Assembly: GCA_965208835.1 (NCBI GenBank)
Contig: OZ242358.1
Span: 4,256,001-4,320,000 of the forward strand
DNA from: Candidatus Latescibacterota bacterium
GTDB taxonomy: Bacteria > Latescibacterota > UBA2968 > GCA-2709665
Length of the DNA: 64,000 nucleotides
Direction of reading: 5' to 3'
Shown here: one piece after another, positions 48,083 through 58,184 of the stretch
Position numbering within the stretch: position 1 is the first letter of the stretch
How the letters are laid out: each line of letters opens with the position of its first letter
Made by a program: the position numbers and the translations under genes
The notes under the pieces: generated by a model
The model's database searches: none
Seen by the model: the letters and a program-made list of their open reading frames with translations, nothing else
What the model was told of the DNA's origin: nothing

Positions 48083-49498
48083 ATGACAGACAATGCGCGT
48101 ACGGAGAAGCGATCTTCGGATCCGAGCAGGTCGCCGGTTTTCGGCAAACTCCGGTCGTTGCTGGGCGATCGGGTAAGGACGGACGAGGGCATCCGGGAAG
48201 CCCACGCGGGCGACGCTTCGTATCATAAGCCCAGGTTGCCGGATGCTGTGGTCTTTCCCGCCTGCAATGACGAAGTGTCGAAGATTGTGAGACTCTGTGC
48301 CCGATACCGGACACCGGTCGTGCCGTTTGGTACGGGAACGGCCGTGGAAGGTGGAATCGTCGCTGTACAGGGTGGCGTGTGCATCGATTTGAGCCGTATG
48401 AGCCGTATCTTGAGGGTTGGCAAGGCCGACCTGGACGCAACGGTGGAGGCTGGCGTAACGAGAAAGCAGCTCAACCGGCATCTGGCGGAAGCAGGGACGG
48501 GACTGTACTTTCCGGTCGATCCCGGAGCGGACGCCTCCCTGGGAGGAATGACGGCGACACGGGCGTCGGGCAGTGCGGCGGTGGGATACGGAACGATGAG
48601 GGAAAACGTCCTGGGGCTGACGGTCATACTGGCTGACGGCAGCATCGTTCACGCAGGCGGACGGGCGAGGAAATCGTCCGCCGGTTACGACCTGGCGCAT
48701 TTGTTCGTCGGATCCGAGGGCACACTGGGTGTCATTACCGAGGTGACGCTGAAGCTGGCGAGGGTCCCTGAGGCGGTATCCGCGGCGGTCTGTGCGTTTC
48801 CGGACATTTCTTCGGCGGTAAACGCGGTAATTGAATTGATGTCAACGGGAATAGAAATGACGCGGATCGAGCTTCTCGACGAAGTTCAGATGGGCGCGAT
48901 CAACGCGTATTCAGGCTTCGACTACAAAGTGGCGCCAACGCTTTTTTTTGAGTTCCACGGTTCCGAGTCGTCCGTTGTCGAGCGCGTCGCGGCGGCCGGG
49001 CCGGTCACGGACAGGCACGGCGGCGAGGACTTTCGCAAGGCAACCGGACAGAAAGAACGCGACAGGCTCTGGCAGGCGCGGTATGACGCCTATTACGCGT
49101 CACAGACCATGCGGCCGGGTTCGGTGGGGTACGTGACGGACGTGTGCGTACCGGTTTCAAGACTGGCGGATTGTATCCTGAAGACCAAAGAAGAGCTGAA
49201 GGCGTCGACCCTGATTGCTCCCCTGTTCGGTCACGTCGGCGACGGAAACTTCCACGTCGTTTTCCTGATCGATCCGAATCGCCCCGAAGAGCTTGCCGAA
49301 GCGCGTAAATTCAGCGAACGGATCGTCGAATTCGCCCTGGAAATGGGCGGAACGTGTACAGGTGAACACGGGATCGGTATGGGTAAACTGGCACAACTTG
49401 AGCAGGAACATGGCGAAGGGGTAAGGGTCATGCAGGCGATCAAGAAAGCACTGGATCCGCTCAACATCATGAATCCGGGAAAGGTCGTGAAGATATGA
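48083..49498 (+). CDS. FAD-linked D-lactate dehydrogenase / GlcD-type oxidase
   Basis: PFGTGTAVEG, GSEGTLG, GHVGDGNFH, GEHGIG, LDPLNIMNPGK. Confidence 0.9.
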   Translation: MTDNARTEKRSSDPSRSPVFGKLRSLLGDRVRTDEGIREAHAGDASYHKPRLPDAVVFPACNDEVSKIVRLCARYRTPVVPFGTGTAVEGGIVAVQGGVCIDLSRMSRILRVGKADLDATVEAGVTRKQLNRHLAEAGTGLYFPVDPGADASLGGMTATRASGSAAVGYGTMRENVLGLTVILADGSIVHAGGRARKSSAGYDLAHLFVGSEGTLGVITEVTLKLARVPEAVSAAVCAFPDISSAVNAVIELMSTGIEMTRIELLDEVQMGAINAYSGFDYKVAPTLFFEFHGSESSVVERVAAAGPVTDRHGGEDFRKATGQKERDRLWQARYDAYYASQTMRPGSVGYVTDVCVPVSRLADCILKTKEELKASTLIAPLFGHVGDGNFHVVFLIDPNRPEELAEARKFSERIVEFALEMGGTCTGEHGIGMGKLAQLEQEHGEGVRVMQAIKKALDPLNIMNPGKVVKI

Positions 49499-49529
49499 CT
49501 TCGACAGCATCCGACGGAAAATCGGCGAT

Positions 49530-49608
49530 TTTGAATAATTATTCTTGACTTTCGAATTTTTTTGTGTATTATTCGAATAATTATCAATAAAATGGAATAA
49601 AATTCCAT
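49530..49608 (+). promoter_or_regulatory. argR promoter with ARG-box-like operators
   Basis: TTTGAATAATTATTCTTG (49530-49547) and TTCGAATAATTATCAATA (49572-49589) resemble the TGAATAATTATTCA core; TTGACT-N16-TATTAT; palindrome ATGGAAT-AAA-ATTCCAT over the start codon. Confidence 0.75.
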
Positions 49609-50071
49609 GAGTGGAAAACAGGAACGTCAGCGGCATATTCTCGACGTCATCACATCCCGTGCGGTCGGGACTCAGAGGGCGTTAAGCGAAGCGCTCAGCG
49701 CCGCTGGTATTTCCACCACACAGTCCACGCTCTCGAAGGACCTGAAACAGTTGGGTATCGTCAAGTCGCCGGACGGCTCGGGCGGACTTCGCTATCAGGC
49801 CCCGGCCGACGAATCCGGACAGGATGGCAGTGGTTCGAATCTGCTCGCGAGGGAGTTGAGGGATTTCGTCGTTGAAACGGGCGGGGCGGGGCATACGCTC
49901 GTGTTGAAGACGATGACAGGACACGCGCAGGGTGTGTGCGAAGCCATCGACCGGGCGGGATGGACCGAGGTCGTGGGGACGATCGCAGGAGAAAATACGA
50001 TCTTCATCCTGTGCCAATCCGTGGAAGAACGAAAACTGCTGAAGGAGCGAATTCTTGAGATTTCTCAATGA
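49607..50071 (+). CDS. argR: Arginine repressor
   Basis: TQSTLSKDLKQLG winged HTH; VVGTIAGENTIF. Confidence 0.93.
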   Translation: MSGKQERQRHILDVITSRAVGTQRALSEALSAAGISTTQSTLSKDLKQLGIVKSPDGSGGLRYQAPADESGQDGSGSNLLARELRDFVVETGGAGHTLVLKTMTGHAQGVCEAIDRAGWTEVVGTIAGENTIFILCQSVEERKLLKERILEISQ

Positions 50072-50148
50072 CGGGGACGAAACAGTCAATCGCATACCGG
50101 GAGACGAGGCAGTCCGGGTTGCGACGTCGTCGAAAGGACCGGGAGTGA
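50068..50148 (+). CDS. Putative Arg-rich leader peptide MTGTKQSIAYRETRQSGLRRRRKDRE
   Basis: ATG overlaps the argR TGA (ATGA); 7 of 26 codons are Arg, four consecutive; ends 79 nt before argC. Confidence 0.5.
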   Translation: MTGTKQSIAYRETRQSGLRRRRKDRE

Positions 50149-50227
50149 AGTACCGGTCGCGGCCTCTGCTGAGCGCCTGGGAACCCCCGACGCGGGAGTG
50201 TAATCCAAAGCCCGCGGGAGGATTCAC

Positions 50228-51175
50228 GTGGCTTTGAGCGTCGGCATCTACGGCGATACCGGGATGGTGGGCCAGGAACTGGAACGGGTACTGGCGCATC
50301 ACGACCGTGCGGAGATCGGCTTCCGGCAGAATTCCAGACGACGGCAGGGCGTCCTGGACCAGTGTGATCTTGTATTCCTGGCCACGAAAGACCCCGAGTC
50401 GATGCAGTTCGCGCCGCAGGCACTGGACGCGGGCGCGAGAGTTATCGATATGAGCGGCGCTTTCCGGTTGCCGAGGCGCCTGTTCGAATCCGGCTACGGG
50501 CTGGACCACCGTGCTCCGGAGCTTCTTGAAGAGGCGGTTTACGGCATGCCCGCGCTGTTTGCCGACCGGATTGCCTGCGCGCGGCTTGTTGGTAATCCGG
50601 GCTGCTATCCAACCAGCGTTATTCTGGCGTTGAAACCGTTGAAGGAAATGGTGCAGGGCGAAGCGACGGTGGTGGCCACTTCGGGAAATTCGGGCGCCCG
50701 CAGAGAGATTGAACAGGAGCCCGACGAGGTCACCTACAGTTTCGGCCGGCGGCACAAACACGTACCGGAGATGGAGTTCTATTCCGGTTTTCGGGTGAAC
50801 TTCACGCCTATCGTTCTGCGCTCCGTATTCGCGGGCATCAATGCCAACATACGAATTGAGCTGGCCGACAGTCTGAAGGCATTACACGCGCACGAGGCCG
50901 GCAGACAGCTGGTCGAGGCGATCGCGTCTGCGTATACAAACGAGGACCTTGTCGTTCCCGTGGAGGATTCGGAGGACAAACAGTGGGGTACGCGCGACGT
51001 CGTCGGCACGCACAAGCTGGCGATCAAGGTGGGCGTGGACGACGGGTTTGCATATATATGTGCAATGGAAGACAACCTGGGCAAGGGCGCGGCCAGCCAG
51101 GCGGTCGAGAATATGAACCTGATGTTCGAGCTGCCCAGACTCTACGGAATTGACGAAGTGTACAGCACGGGCTGA
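50228..51175 (+). CDS. argC: N-acetyl-gamma-glutamyl-phosphate reductase
   Basis: GDTGMVG, IDMSGAFRL, GNPGCYPT, DNLGKGAASQAVEN. Confidence 0.92.
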   Translation: MALSVGIYGDTGMVGQELERVLAHHDRAEIGFRQNSRRRQGVLDQCDLVFLATKDPESMQFAPQALDAGARVIDMSGAFRLPRRLFESGYGLDHRAPELLEEAVYGMPALFADRIACARLVGNPGCYPTSVILALKPLKEMVQGEATVVATSGNSGARREIEQEPDEVTYSFGRRHKHVPEMEFYSGFRVNFTPIVLRSVFAGINANIRIELADSLKALHAHEAGRQLVEAIASAYTNEDLVVPVEDSEDKQWGTRDVVGTHKLAIKVGVDDGFAYICAMEDNLGKGAASQAVENMNLMFELPRLYGIDEVYSTG

Positions 51176-51228
51176 ACCGTCGGTCAAAATTGACGGAACA
51201 CAGCTGCCTGGTAATACGGGAATTTGCG

Positions 51229-52113
51229 ATGGAGCAATTCATTCAGAAAGCCGCCACGCTGGTGGAGGCGTTTCCCTACATCCGCTCTTTTCGGGACAAG
51301 ATCGTCGTTGTGAAATACGGGGGAAGCACGCAGCCTGACGACGGCGGGTCGGACACGATTCTGGCGGATCTGGTTTTCATGGAAACCGTGGGCATGCGGC
51401 CCGTGGTCGTGCATGGCGGCGGCAGGGAAATCAGCAGACGCCTGCAGGAAGCCGGACTGGAGTCGAAATGGATCAACGGATTGCGCGTGACTGACGCGGA
51501 TTCGATGCAGGTGGTGGAAGACACACTGTTCGGTGTGGTAAACAGAAGGATTGTGGAGGGCATCCGGGCGCTGGACGGATGCGCGCACGGCATGTCCGCA
51601 AAAGAAGCCGGCGTTATGCACGTGCGCAGGCATTTTGCACAGGTGGCGTCCAACGGCACACGGGTGCCGGTGGACATCGGGTTTGTGGGCGACGTACACC
51701 GGGTGGATCCGGAACCGGTTCGAAGCGTGTGCGCGAAGGAAACGATTCCGGTGATCGCCCCAATCGGCCTCGGCCCCGACGGCAGGAGTTACAACGTGAA
51801 CGCGGATACGGCCGCCGGAGAAATCGCGCGAACGCTTCAGGCGGAGAAGCTGGTCTTCCTGACGGACGTAAACGGCATTTTGAGTGACAGCGCCGATCCG
51901 GAATCCCGGATCTCAACATTGCACGTCAATGACGTGGACAGGCTGATCCGGGACGGTACGGCGAAGGGAGGAATGATTCCAAAGCTTCAGGCTTGCGTGC
52001 GTTCGGTGAGAGGGGGCGTTAACAAGACGCACATTATAGATGGACGTGTTCCCCACGCCCTGTTGCTGGAAGTCTTTACGCGTGAGGGGATCGGCACCGA
52101 GATTGTCCAATGA
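51229..52113 (+). CDS. argB: Acetylglutamate kinase
   Basis: VVKYGG, VHGGG, GLRVTD, NVNADT, GGMIPK. Confidence 0.95.
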   Translation: MEQFIQKAATLVEAFPYIRSFRDKIVVVKYGGSTQPDDGGSDTILADLVFMETVGMRPVVVHGGGREISRRLQEAGLESKWINGLRVTDADSMQVVEDTLFGVVNRRIVEGIRALDGCAHGMSAKEAGVMHVRRHFAQVASNGTRVPVDIGFVGDVHRVDPEPVRSVCAKETIPVIAPIGLGPDGRSYNVNADTAAGEIARTLQAEKLVFLTDVNGILSDSADPESRISTLHVNDVDRLIRDGTAKGGMIPKLQACVRSVRGGVNKTHIIDGRVPHALLLEVFTREGIGTEIVQ

Positions 52114-52164
52114 AGAAAGACGCGGACCAAGCTGTGTATGTGGAACCCAAAAAACGGGGAGTGG

Positions 52165-53364
52165 ATGATGGACACGAAAGAAATAATCGGACTTGAACAA
52201 AACTACATTCTGCAGACCTACGCGCGGCCCGACTTTGTACTGGAGCGCGGAGACGGCGTGCATCTTTTCGACACCGAAGGGAAACGGTACCTGGATTTTG
52301 TGAGCGGGTTGTCCGTGAATGCACTGGGATACAACAACCCGACCATTGGCGACGCAATCTCGGCGCAGGCGCGTAAACTGATCCACGTCTCGAACCTCTA
52401 CCATACGATTCCCGCGCCCCGGTTGGCGAAAATGCTGTGCGAGCGTTCATTCGCGGATCGTGTTTTTTTCTGCAATAGCGGAACCGAGTCCTGGGAAGCG
52501 GCGTTGAAGTTCGCGCGAAAATGGGGATACACGAATTTCGAGGAACGCGCAAAGTACAAGTTCATTGCGATGAACAACTCGTTTCACGGACGCACCATGG
52601 GGTCGGTTGCCACCACGGGCCAGCCGAAGTACCACAAAGGCTTCGGACCCCTGCTGCCCGGAATCTCGTTCGCGGAATTCAACAATCTCGAGTCGGTAGA
52701 ACGCCTGGTGGATGCGGAGACGGTAGCGGTGATTCTGGAGCCACTCCAGGCCGAGGGCGGTATTAATTCGGGGGAACCGTCGTTTATTGAAGGTCTGCGG
52801 CAGCTGTGCGATGAGATGAAGATGCTGCTGGTGTTCGACGAGATCCAGTCCGGACTCTGCCGGACCGGGGCCCTGTTCTGTTATGAGCACTACGGCGTAA
52901 CACCGGACATCATGACGCTGGCCAAGCCCCTGGCCGGGGGTCTGCCGATTGGCGCAACACTGATGAGCCAGGACGTTGCCGATGCCGTGGAGCCCAGCGA
53001 CCATGCGGCTACGTTCGGGGCGCATCCGGTCAGTTGCTCCGTGGGCATCGAGGTCTTCAGGCAGCTCTCGGATCCGGGATTCATCGCGGCCGTAAGGGCG
53101 AAGGGCGAACTTCTGAATGGCCGGCTGAATGCGCTGATGGAAACGTACCCCGATAAGATCACCGAGGTCCGCGGCAGGGGGTTGATCGCCGGTGCGGTGT
53201 TGGCCGACGTTCCTGCCGCCGACGTGATGGGCGCGTTCCGTGAGCGGGAAATCCTGGTATGTGTGGCCGGTCCGGACGTGGTGCGTTTTCTGCCTCCCCT
53301 GGTGATTGAACAGGAGAATATCGACCAGGTCATGGACGTGTTCGACGAAATTCTGCAGGGTTAA
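52165..53364 (+). CDS. argD: Acetylornithine aminotransferase
   Basis: NSGTE, FHGRT, EPLQAEGG, FDEIQSG, LAKPLAGG. Confidence 0.93.
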   Translation: MMDTKEIIGLEQNYILQTYARPDFVLERGDGVHLFDTEGKRYLDFVSGLSVNALGYNNPTIGDAISAQARKLIHVSNLYHTIPAPRLAKMLCERSFADRVFFCNSGTESWEAALKFARKWGYTNFEERAKYKFIAMNNSFHGRTMGSVATTGQPKYHKGFGPLLPGISFAEFNNLESVERLVDAETVAVILEPLQAEGGINSGEPSFIEGLRQLCDEMKMLLVFDEIQSGLCRTGALFCYEHYGVTPDIMTLAKPLAGGLPIGATLMSQDVADAVEPSDHAATFGAHPVSCSVGIEVFRQLSDPGFIAAVRAKGELLNGRLNALMETYPDKITEVRGRGLIAGAVLADVPAADVMGAFREREILVCVAGPDVVRFLPPLVIEQENIDQVMDVFDEILQG

Positions 53365-53555
53365 CCTGGATTCGTCATTTTTCGGGGACGTTAATTCGAA
53401 TATGCGCCATTTAACAAAGGCGAATAGAAGGCGGATTACCAGGATACACCAGGTCACTGGACGTGAACGGAAAAAACATCCTTCCGGACGACCATTTCGG
53501 CCCGTTTCGGAAAGTTTCGTCGTGGTGCCGCGTTGCGGCTATTGCGGCAAATAGA
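53365..53555. mobile_element. MITE family D, copy 1 (IS1380-like left end), between argD and argG
   Basis: TTAA|CCTGGATTCGT...; body matches 63699-63815 with a ~70-bp extra segment. Confidence 0.65.
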
Positions 53556-53589
53556 TTAGCAGGCGGATGACTGAAAAGGAGCGTCTGTA

Positions 53590-54843
53590 ATGAAATTGGC
53601 GGACATTCGGAGCAAGCGGATTGCGCTGGCGGCCTCCGGCGGGCTTGACAGCTGTACGGTTACGCGCTGGCTTGCCGACCATGGGGTGGAGGTGGTGAGC
53701 ATCACCGCGGATATCGGGCAGCCGGACGAGGACGATATCGAGGATATCGGCCGGCGGATGCTGGCCTGCGGGGCCGTGGATTCGGTTATCCTGGACCTGA
53801 AGTCGGACCTGGCAGAGGAGGCAATCACCATGCTCCTGGCCAATGCCGTCTACGAGGGCGGGTACTGGAACACGACCGGTCTTGCCCGACACGTGACCGC
53901 ACAGGGTATCCTTGAAGAGATGCAGGCGCGCGATATCGACGTACTCGCGCACGGAGCCACCGGCCGAGGGAACGACCAGGTGCGATTCCAGCTCGTCGCC
54001 AATATGCTGTCGCCCGCCATCAAGGTGTATGCGCCGTGGCGCGACGACGCATTCCTGGAGCATTTCGGCGGACGCAGGGAGATGATCGCCTATTGCCAGG
54101 CCCGGAACCTGCCCATTACGGCTACGCAGGACAAGCCGTATTCGACGGACGCGAATCTGCTGGGGTTGACGCATGAGGCGGGAAAGCTGGAATACCTCGA
54201 CGTGGCGGCGGATTTCATCGAGCCGGGCATGGGCGTTTTCCCGAAGGACGCGCCGGATCGCCCGGAGACATTCTCCGTAACGCTTGAAGCAGGGCGTCCC
54301 GTACTTGTGAACGGGGAGCATGTGGACGCGGTATCGGCGATCGCAACGGCCAACGACGTTGCCGGGCGTCACGGAGTCGGCATCGGTATCCACACGGTCG
54401 AGAATCGTTTCGTGGGCATCAAATCCCGAGGCGTTTACGAAAGCCCGGGGCTCGCACTGCTGGGCGCATGCTACCAGTACCTGCTGCAGCAGGTACTCGA
54501 CAGGCGGGCACGGCGATTCTACGACTCGCTCTCCTCGGTGCTTGCCGAGCAGATCTACCAGGGGTATTATTTCGACCTGTCTTCACAGATGATTCGAGGC
54601 GCCCTCGCGCCGGTTCGGAAGCTGGCCGAGGGCTCGCTGACGGTTTCGGTATACAAAGGCTCGGTAACGTATCAGTCCTCCGGTGCCGTGGCGCATTCGC
54701 TGTATTCCTCCGAACTGTCCTCGATGGAAGCGATCGGTGATTACGACCATAGGGATTCGGAGGGATTTCTGAATGTGCTGAGTGTCGGCGCGAAGGCGTT
54801 GAATGCGTCGCACCAGGTGGAAGCAGGGCTGACGGAAGACTGA
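53590..54843 (+). CDS. argG: Argininosuccinate synthase
   Basis: ASGGLDS, HGATGRGNDQVRF, YSTDANL, ENRFVGIKSRGVYESPG. Confidence 0.95.
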   Translation: MKLADIRSKRIALAASGGLDSCTVTRWLADHGVEVVSITADIGQPDEDDIEDIGRRMLACGAVDSVILDLKSDLAEEAITMLLANAVYEGGYWNTTGLARHVTAQGILEEMQARDIDVLAHGATGRGNDQVRFQLVANMLSPAIKVYAPWRDDAFLEHFGGRREMIAYCQARNLPITATQDKPYSTDANLLGLTHEAGKLEYLDVAADFIEPGMGVFPKDAPDRPETFSVTLEAGRPVLVNGEHVDAVSAIATANDVAGRHGVGIGIHTVENRFVGIKSRGVYESPGLALLGACYQYLLQQVLDRRARRFYDSLSSVLAEQIYQGYYFDLSSQMIRGALAPVRKLAEGSLTVSVYKGSVTYQSSGAVAHSLYSSELSSMEAIGDYDHRDSEGFLNVLSVGAKALNASHQVEAGLTED

Positions 54844-54899
54844 GAACCAGGGATTCAGAATCCTCGTTCCGGGACTCGCCGGCTCTTCAGGATTATTCA

Positions 54900-56306
54900 A
54901 TGGGTGAAGCTGAAAAAAAACCATGGTCGGGCCGCTTCGACAAGGCGTCGGAGAGCGCAATGGAGCAATTCAACGCGTCCATCGGGTTCGACAGGCGGCT
55001 ATACAGGGCGGACATCGCCGGAAGCAGGGCACAGGCCAAAGCCCTGTCGAAAATCGGCGTCCTGACGGCCCGGCAGCTGGACTGCATCCTGAAGGGCCTG
55101 GACCAGGTCGAAGCGGAAATTGCCGACGGCCGCCTTGTCCTGCACAAACGTCTGGAAGACATACACATGGCGGTGGAGGCGCGGCTGACAGAGATCGTGG
55201 GAGAGGTTGGCGGCAAGCTCCATACCGGACGCAGCAGGAACGATCAGGTGGCGCTGGATGAGCGGCTGTATCTGCGGGAGGCGACTCGGATTACCCTTGA
55301 CGGCATCGATCGGTTGCAGACCGTTCTGTTGGATTTCGCCGATCGGCACATCGACGCTCTGATGCCGGGATATACACATCTGCAACAGGCGCAGCCCGTC
55401 CGTCTGTCGCACTATACAATGGCATTGTTCTGGATGCTGGATCGGGACCGGGGACGATTCGCCGCCTGCGCCGACCGGGCGGATGCCATGCCGCTCGGTT
55501 CGGGCGCCTTTTCCGGCAGCGCCTTTCCGATAGACCGCGAATTCCTTGCGTCGGAACTGGGTTTCTCGCGTATAACCCGGAACAGCATCGACGCGGTCAG
55601 CGACCGGGACTATCTCCTCGAGTTTATGTCCGCCGCTGCAATTCTTATTGGACACCTCAGCAGGTTCTGCGAAGACCTGATCGTGTGGTCGTCGTCCGAG
55701 TTTCGGTTTATCGAACTTGACGACGCGTACAGCACCGGTTCGAGCATGATGCCGCAGAAGAAGAACCCGGATTCGCTGGAACTGGTCCGCGGCAAGGCGG
55801 GGCGGGTGTACGGCAATCTGATGGCGCTGTTGACCGTGATGAAGGGATTGCCGCTGACCTACTCGAAGGATCTTCAGGAAGACAAGGAGCCCTTCTTCGA
55901 TACGGTCGATACGGTTCATCAGGTGCTGGAGGTATTCGCAGGCGCGTGGCGGACAATGGCGGTACATACCGATCGGATGCGCGAGGCTCTCGACGGTACC
56001 GTCGTGGCGACGGACCTCGCGGATTATCTTGTGAGAAAGGGACTGCCCTTTCGAGAAACTCACCGGATCGTGGGCCGGCTGGTCCGGACCGCGCTTTCGC
56101 GGGGACGGCGCCTCGACGAGCTGGACCTGCGGACCCTCCACTCGGAGTGCGATCTGTTCGAGGCGGATGTGGCGGAGTCGCTTCGCGTAGAGGCCAGCGT
56201 CAACCGTCGGGAACTTGACGGAGGGACCGGTTACGAGGCCGTTGCGGCGCAGATTCGCAGCGGCAGGCAGATACTGAGCCGGAGAACGCGGAGAGCGGAA
56301 GGGTGA
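54900..56306 (+). CDS. argH: Argininosuccinate lyase
   Basis: LHTGRSRNDQ, PGYTHLQQAQP, GSSMMPQKKNPD. Confidence 0.96.
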   Translation: MGEAEKKPWSGRFDKASESAMEQFNASIGFDRRLYRADIAGSRAQAKALSKIGVLTARQLDCILKGLDQVEAEIADGRLVLHKRLEDIHMAVEARLTEIVGEVGGKLHTGRSRNDQVALDERLYLREATRITLDGIDRLQTVLLDFADRHIDALMPGYTHLQQAQPVRLSHYTMALFWMLDRDRGRFAACADRADAMPLGSGAFSGSAFPIDREFLASELGFSRITRNSIDAVSDRDYLLEFMSAAAILIGHLSRFCEDLIVWSSSEFRFIELDDAYSTGSSMMPQKKNPDSLELVRGKAGRVYGNLMALLTVMKGLPLTYSKDLQEDKEPFFDTVDTVHQVLEVFAGAWRTMAVHTDRMREALDGTVVATDLADYLVRKGLPFRETHRIVGRLVRTALSRGRRLDELDLRTLHSECDLFEADVAESLRVEASVNRRELDGGTGYEAVAAQIRSGRQILSRRTRRAEG

Positions 56307-56938
56307 AGTCCTTCAGTGAGCGCGACGTGCGGCGGCACTACGACCTTTTGCAACACGGTCCGGAACATGGCCTGACACATCTGAAGGCGATGGATGGAGA
56401 CCACGTCATCGGCATCGGGTTGTTCGATAACGAGGCCGACTTCGTTTCGGAGTGTCTGCGGTACAACGGACTGGGTACGCTGTTCGTGGGTGTGAACCCG
56501 CGGTCGAATCGCCTGATGGAGGACTATGGCGGTTTGCAAAACCGCATGCGCACGCTGTTCATGGACGTGGTTGCGGATGGTGATATCGACTTTGTCACCG
56601 GAATGGCCGTGGGCGATCCGGATCGGCTCGCCCAACCTCCTCGAAAACTCCTGCGCGACGCCTCGGTGCTGGCGGACGGCGAAGTCTTCTTTCCGCTCGA
56701 TAAAGCGATGCCGGTTTCCCGCGAATCCCTGCAGAAAGTCCGGCGGCGGCTGGATATGTGGCTCTACGGCGAGTGCGATTCCGACGGGATCGACCTGATG
56801 CAATTCGTACGGGTTGCGGGAACGGCGGCGCACGACGATGGATGGTTCAGACGACGTACGGTGTTCAGAAAATTCCGTCCCTACATAATGGATGGTATTA
56901 CCGATGAGATCGAGGATCTGAAGGACGAACCCGCATAG
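56303..56938 (+). CDS. Hypothetical protein resembling a degenerate RepB/prim-pol primase domain
   Basis: GLFDNEADF, LFVGVNPR, DLMQFVRVAGT; GTGA overlap with argH. Confidence 0.55.
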   Translation: MKSFSERDVRRHYDLLQHGPEHGLTHLKAMDGDHVIGIGLFDNEADFVSECLRYNGLGTLFVGVNPRSNRLMEDYGGLQNRMRTLFMDVVADGDIDFVTGMAVGDPDRLAQPPRKLLRDASVLADGEVFFPLDKAMPVSRESLQKVRRRLDMWLYGECDSDGIDLMQFVRVAGTAAHDDGWFRRRTVFRKFRPYIMDGITDEIEDLKDEPA

Positions 56939-57128
56939 CGGCCCCGAAGACGGAACTTTGCGTCCGATGGGGCGTTTACGTGGCAGTGCAACGCACGGGC
57001 CGACCGCGGGCGCGCGGGTCGACGACCCGTTTTTTTCGTTATATCGGCTCCCGCGCTTGACCCACGGAATCGGCCGCCGTACAATTGAAATCGTGCCGGG
57101 AAGTCACCCCACATCCAGGGAGATGGTT

Positions 57129-58184
57129 ATGTTTCGAAAGTCAATCGCTTTGTTATGCGCCAGCTGCGTGCTGTGGACCAGCCTTGTTGGCGCAGGTCAG
57201 ACGTGGGCGGCGGAATCGGGTGCTGAAAATGCGGAAAAGGCAGAAAGTGATGGCGAAGATCGTCCCAAAACCACCCGGACAATCGAAGCCCTGGAGGATG
57301 CAGGCTGGGCCATCGTCGATGTGAGGCAGATCGAGGGCAACCTGGTGGTGCTGAGCCCGCTCGTAGGGCCGGAAATCGATCTGGAAGAGAGCAACCGCTA
57401 CTCCCTGTTCCAGGGGCGCAGCGTCTATAACGAGAGGGTACCCCTGCGGCTGCTCGATATGGCTGTGCCCGGCATTCAGACGGCCTCGTTTCTGAAGAGC
57501 GGAGAACGCGTGATGGTGAGGATCCGGTACCGGTCCGGCCCGAAAATCGCGAACAGGACCGTACCGGTCGGCGATGAGGACGCGTTAAGACGACTGCGGG
57601 AATACGTCGAACACTTCGACGAGGTCCGAAAGGGTGAATACAAGATCGGATTTGAATCCAAGTTGCCTGAAGATGCCGAATACCCCAGGTATACAGACCG
57701 GAAAATCTCCTTCGAAGAGCGCCGTCCGCGGGCCGGAATAACGCGCCGGCTTCGAGGCGGGGTCGTGTTGAAGGACGGTGAGCGGATCGAGGGACAGTTA
57801 TTGCCGGAATACGACGACGGGACCATACTGGTACAATCCGGTCTCGACGCCAGGCGGGTCCCGGTCAATGATATCGACCGGGTCCTGTTCCTTCGCGGGA
57901 GACGTTCGACAAAGCTCGGCACCGCGGTCCGGATGGGCGTCGGGGGCGCCGTATCGGGCGCCTTGGTGGGTGCGTTTGCCGGCTGGCAGTCGAACTCACC
58001 GGTCAAAGACACAGCGATCCTGTTCGGCGCGATATCGGGCGCGATCGGGTTTTTCACGGGACTGTTCCGTTCCAGTGGCGGCCCTGGCAAACGTGAGTTC
58101 GTGCTAGGCCCTGTAGATGACGGTCGTGATCGTAACCCGGACGGTGATGGCGACAGGGAGAAACGTGAGCGCTCAGGCAGGTAG
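57129..58184 (+). CDS. Hypothetical exported protein with a C-terminal glycine-zipper-like TM region
   Basis: Signal peptide MFRKSIALLCAS...; LKDGERIEG beta-domain; GVGGAVSGALVGA. Confidence 0.65.
   Translation: MFRKSIALLCASCVLWTSLVGAGQTWAAESGAENAEKAESDGEDRPKTTRTIEALEDAGWAIVDVRQIEGNLVVLSPLVGPEIDLEESNRYSLFQGRSVYNERVPLRLLDMAVPGIQTASFLKSGERVMVRIRYRSGPKIANRTVPVGDEDALRRLREYVEHFDEVRKGEYKIGFESKLPEDAEYPRYTDRKISFEERRPRAGITRRLRGGVVLKDGERIEGQLLPEYDDGTILVQSGLDARRVPVNDIDRVLFLRGRRSTKLGTAVRMGVGGAVSGALVGAFAGWQSNSPVKDTAILFGAISGAIGFFTGLFRSSGGPGKREFVLGPVDDGRDRNPDGDGDREKRERSGR

Noticed and set aside
50072-50227. Known riboswitch (lysine, T-box, SAM) upstream of argC
   Set aside because: No T-box GGTGG.ACC core and no recognisable lysine or SAM-I consensus; an Rfam scan would settle it.
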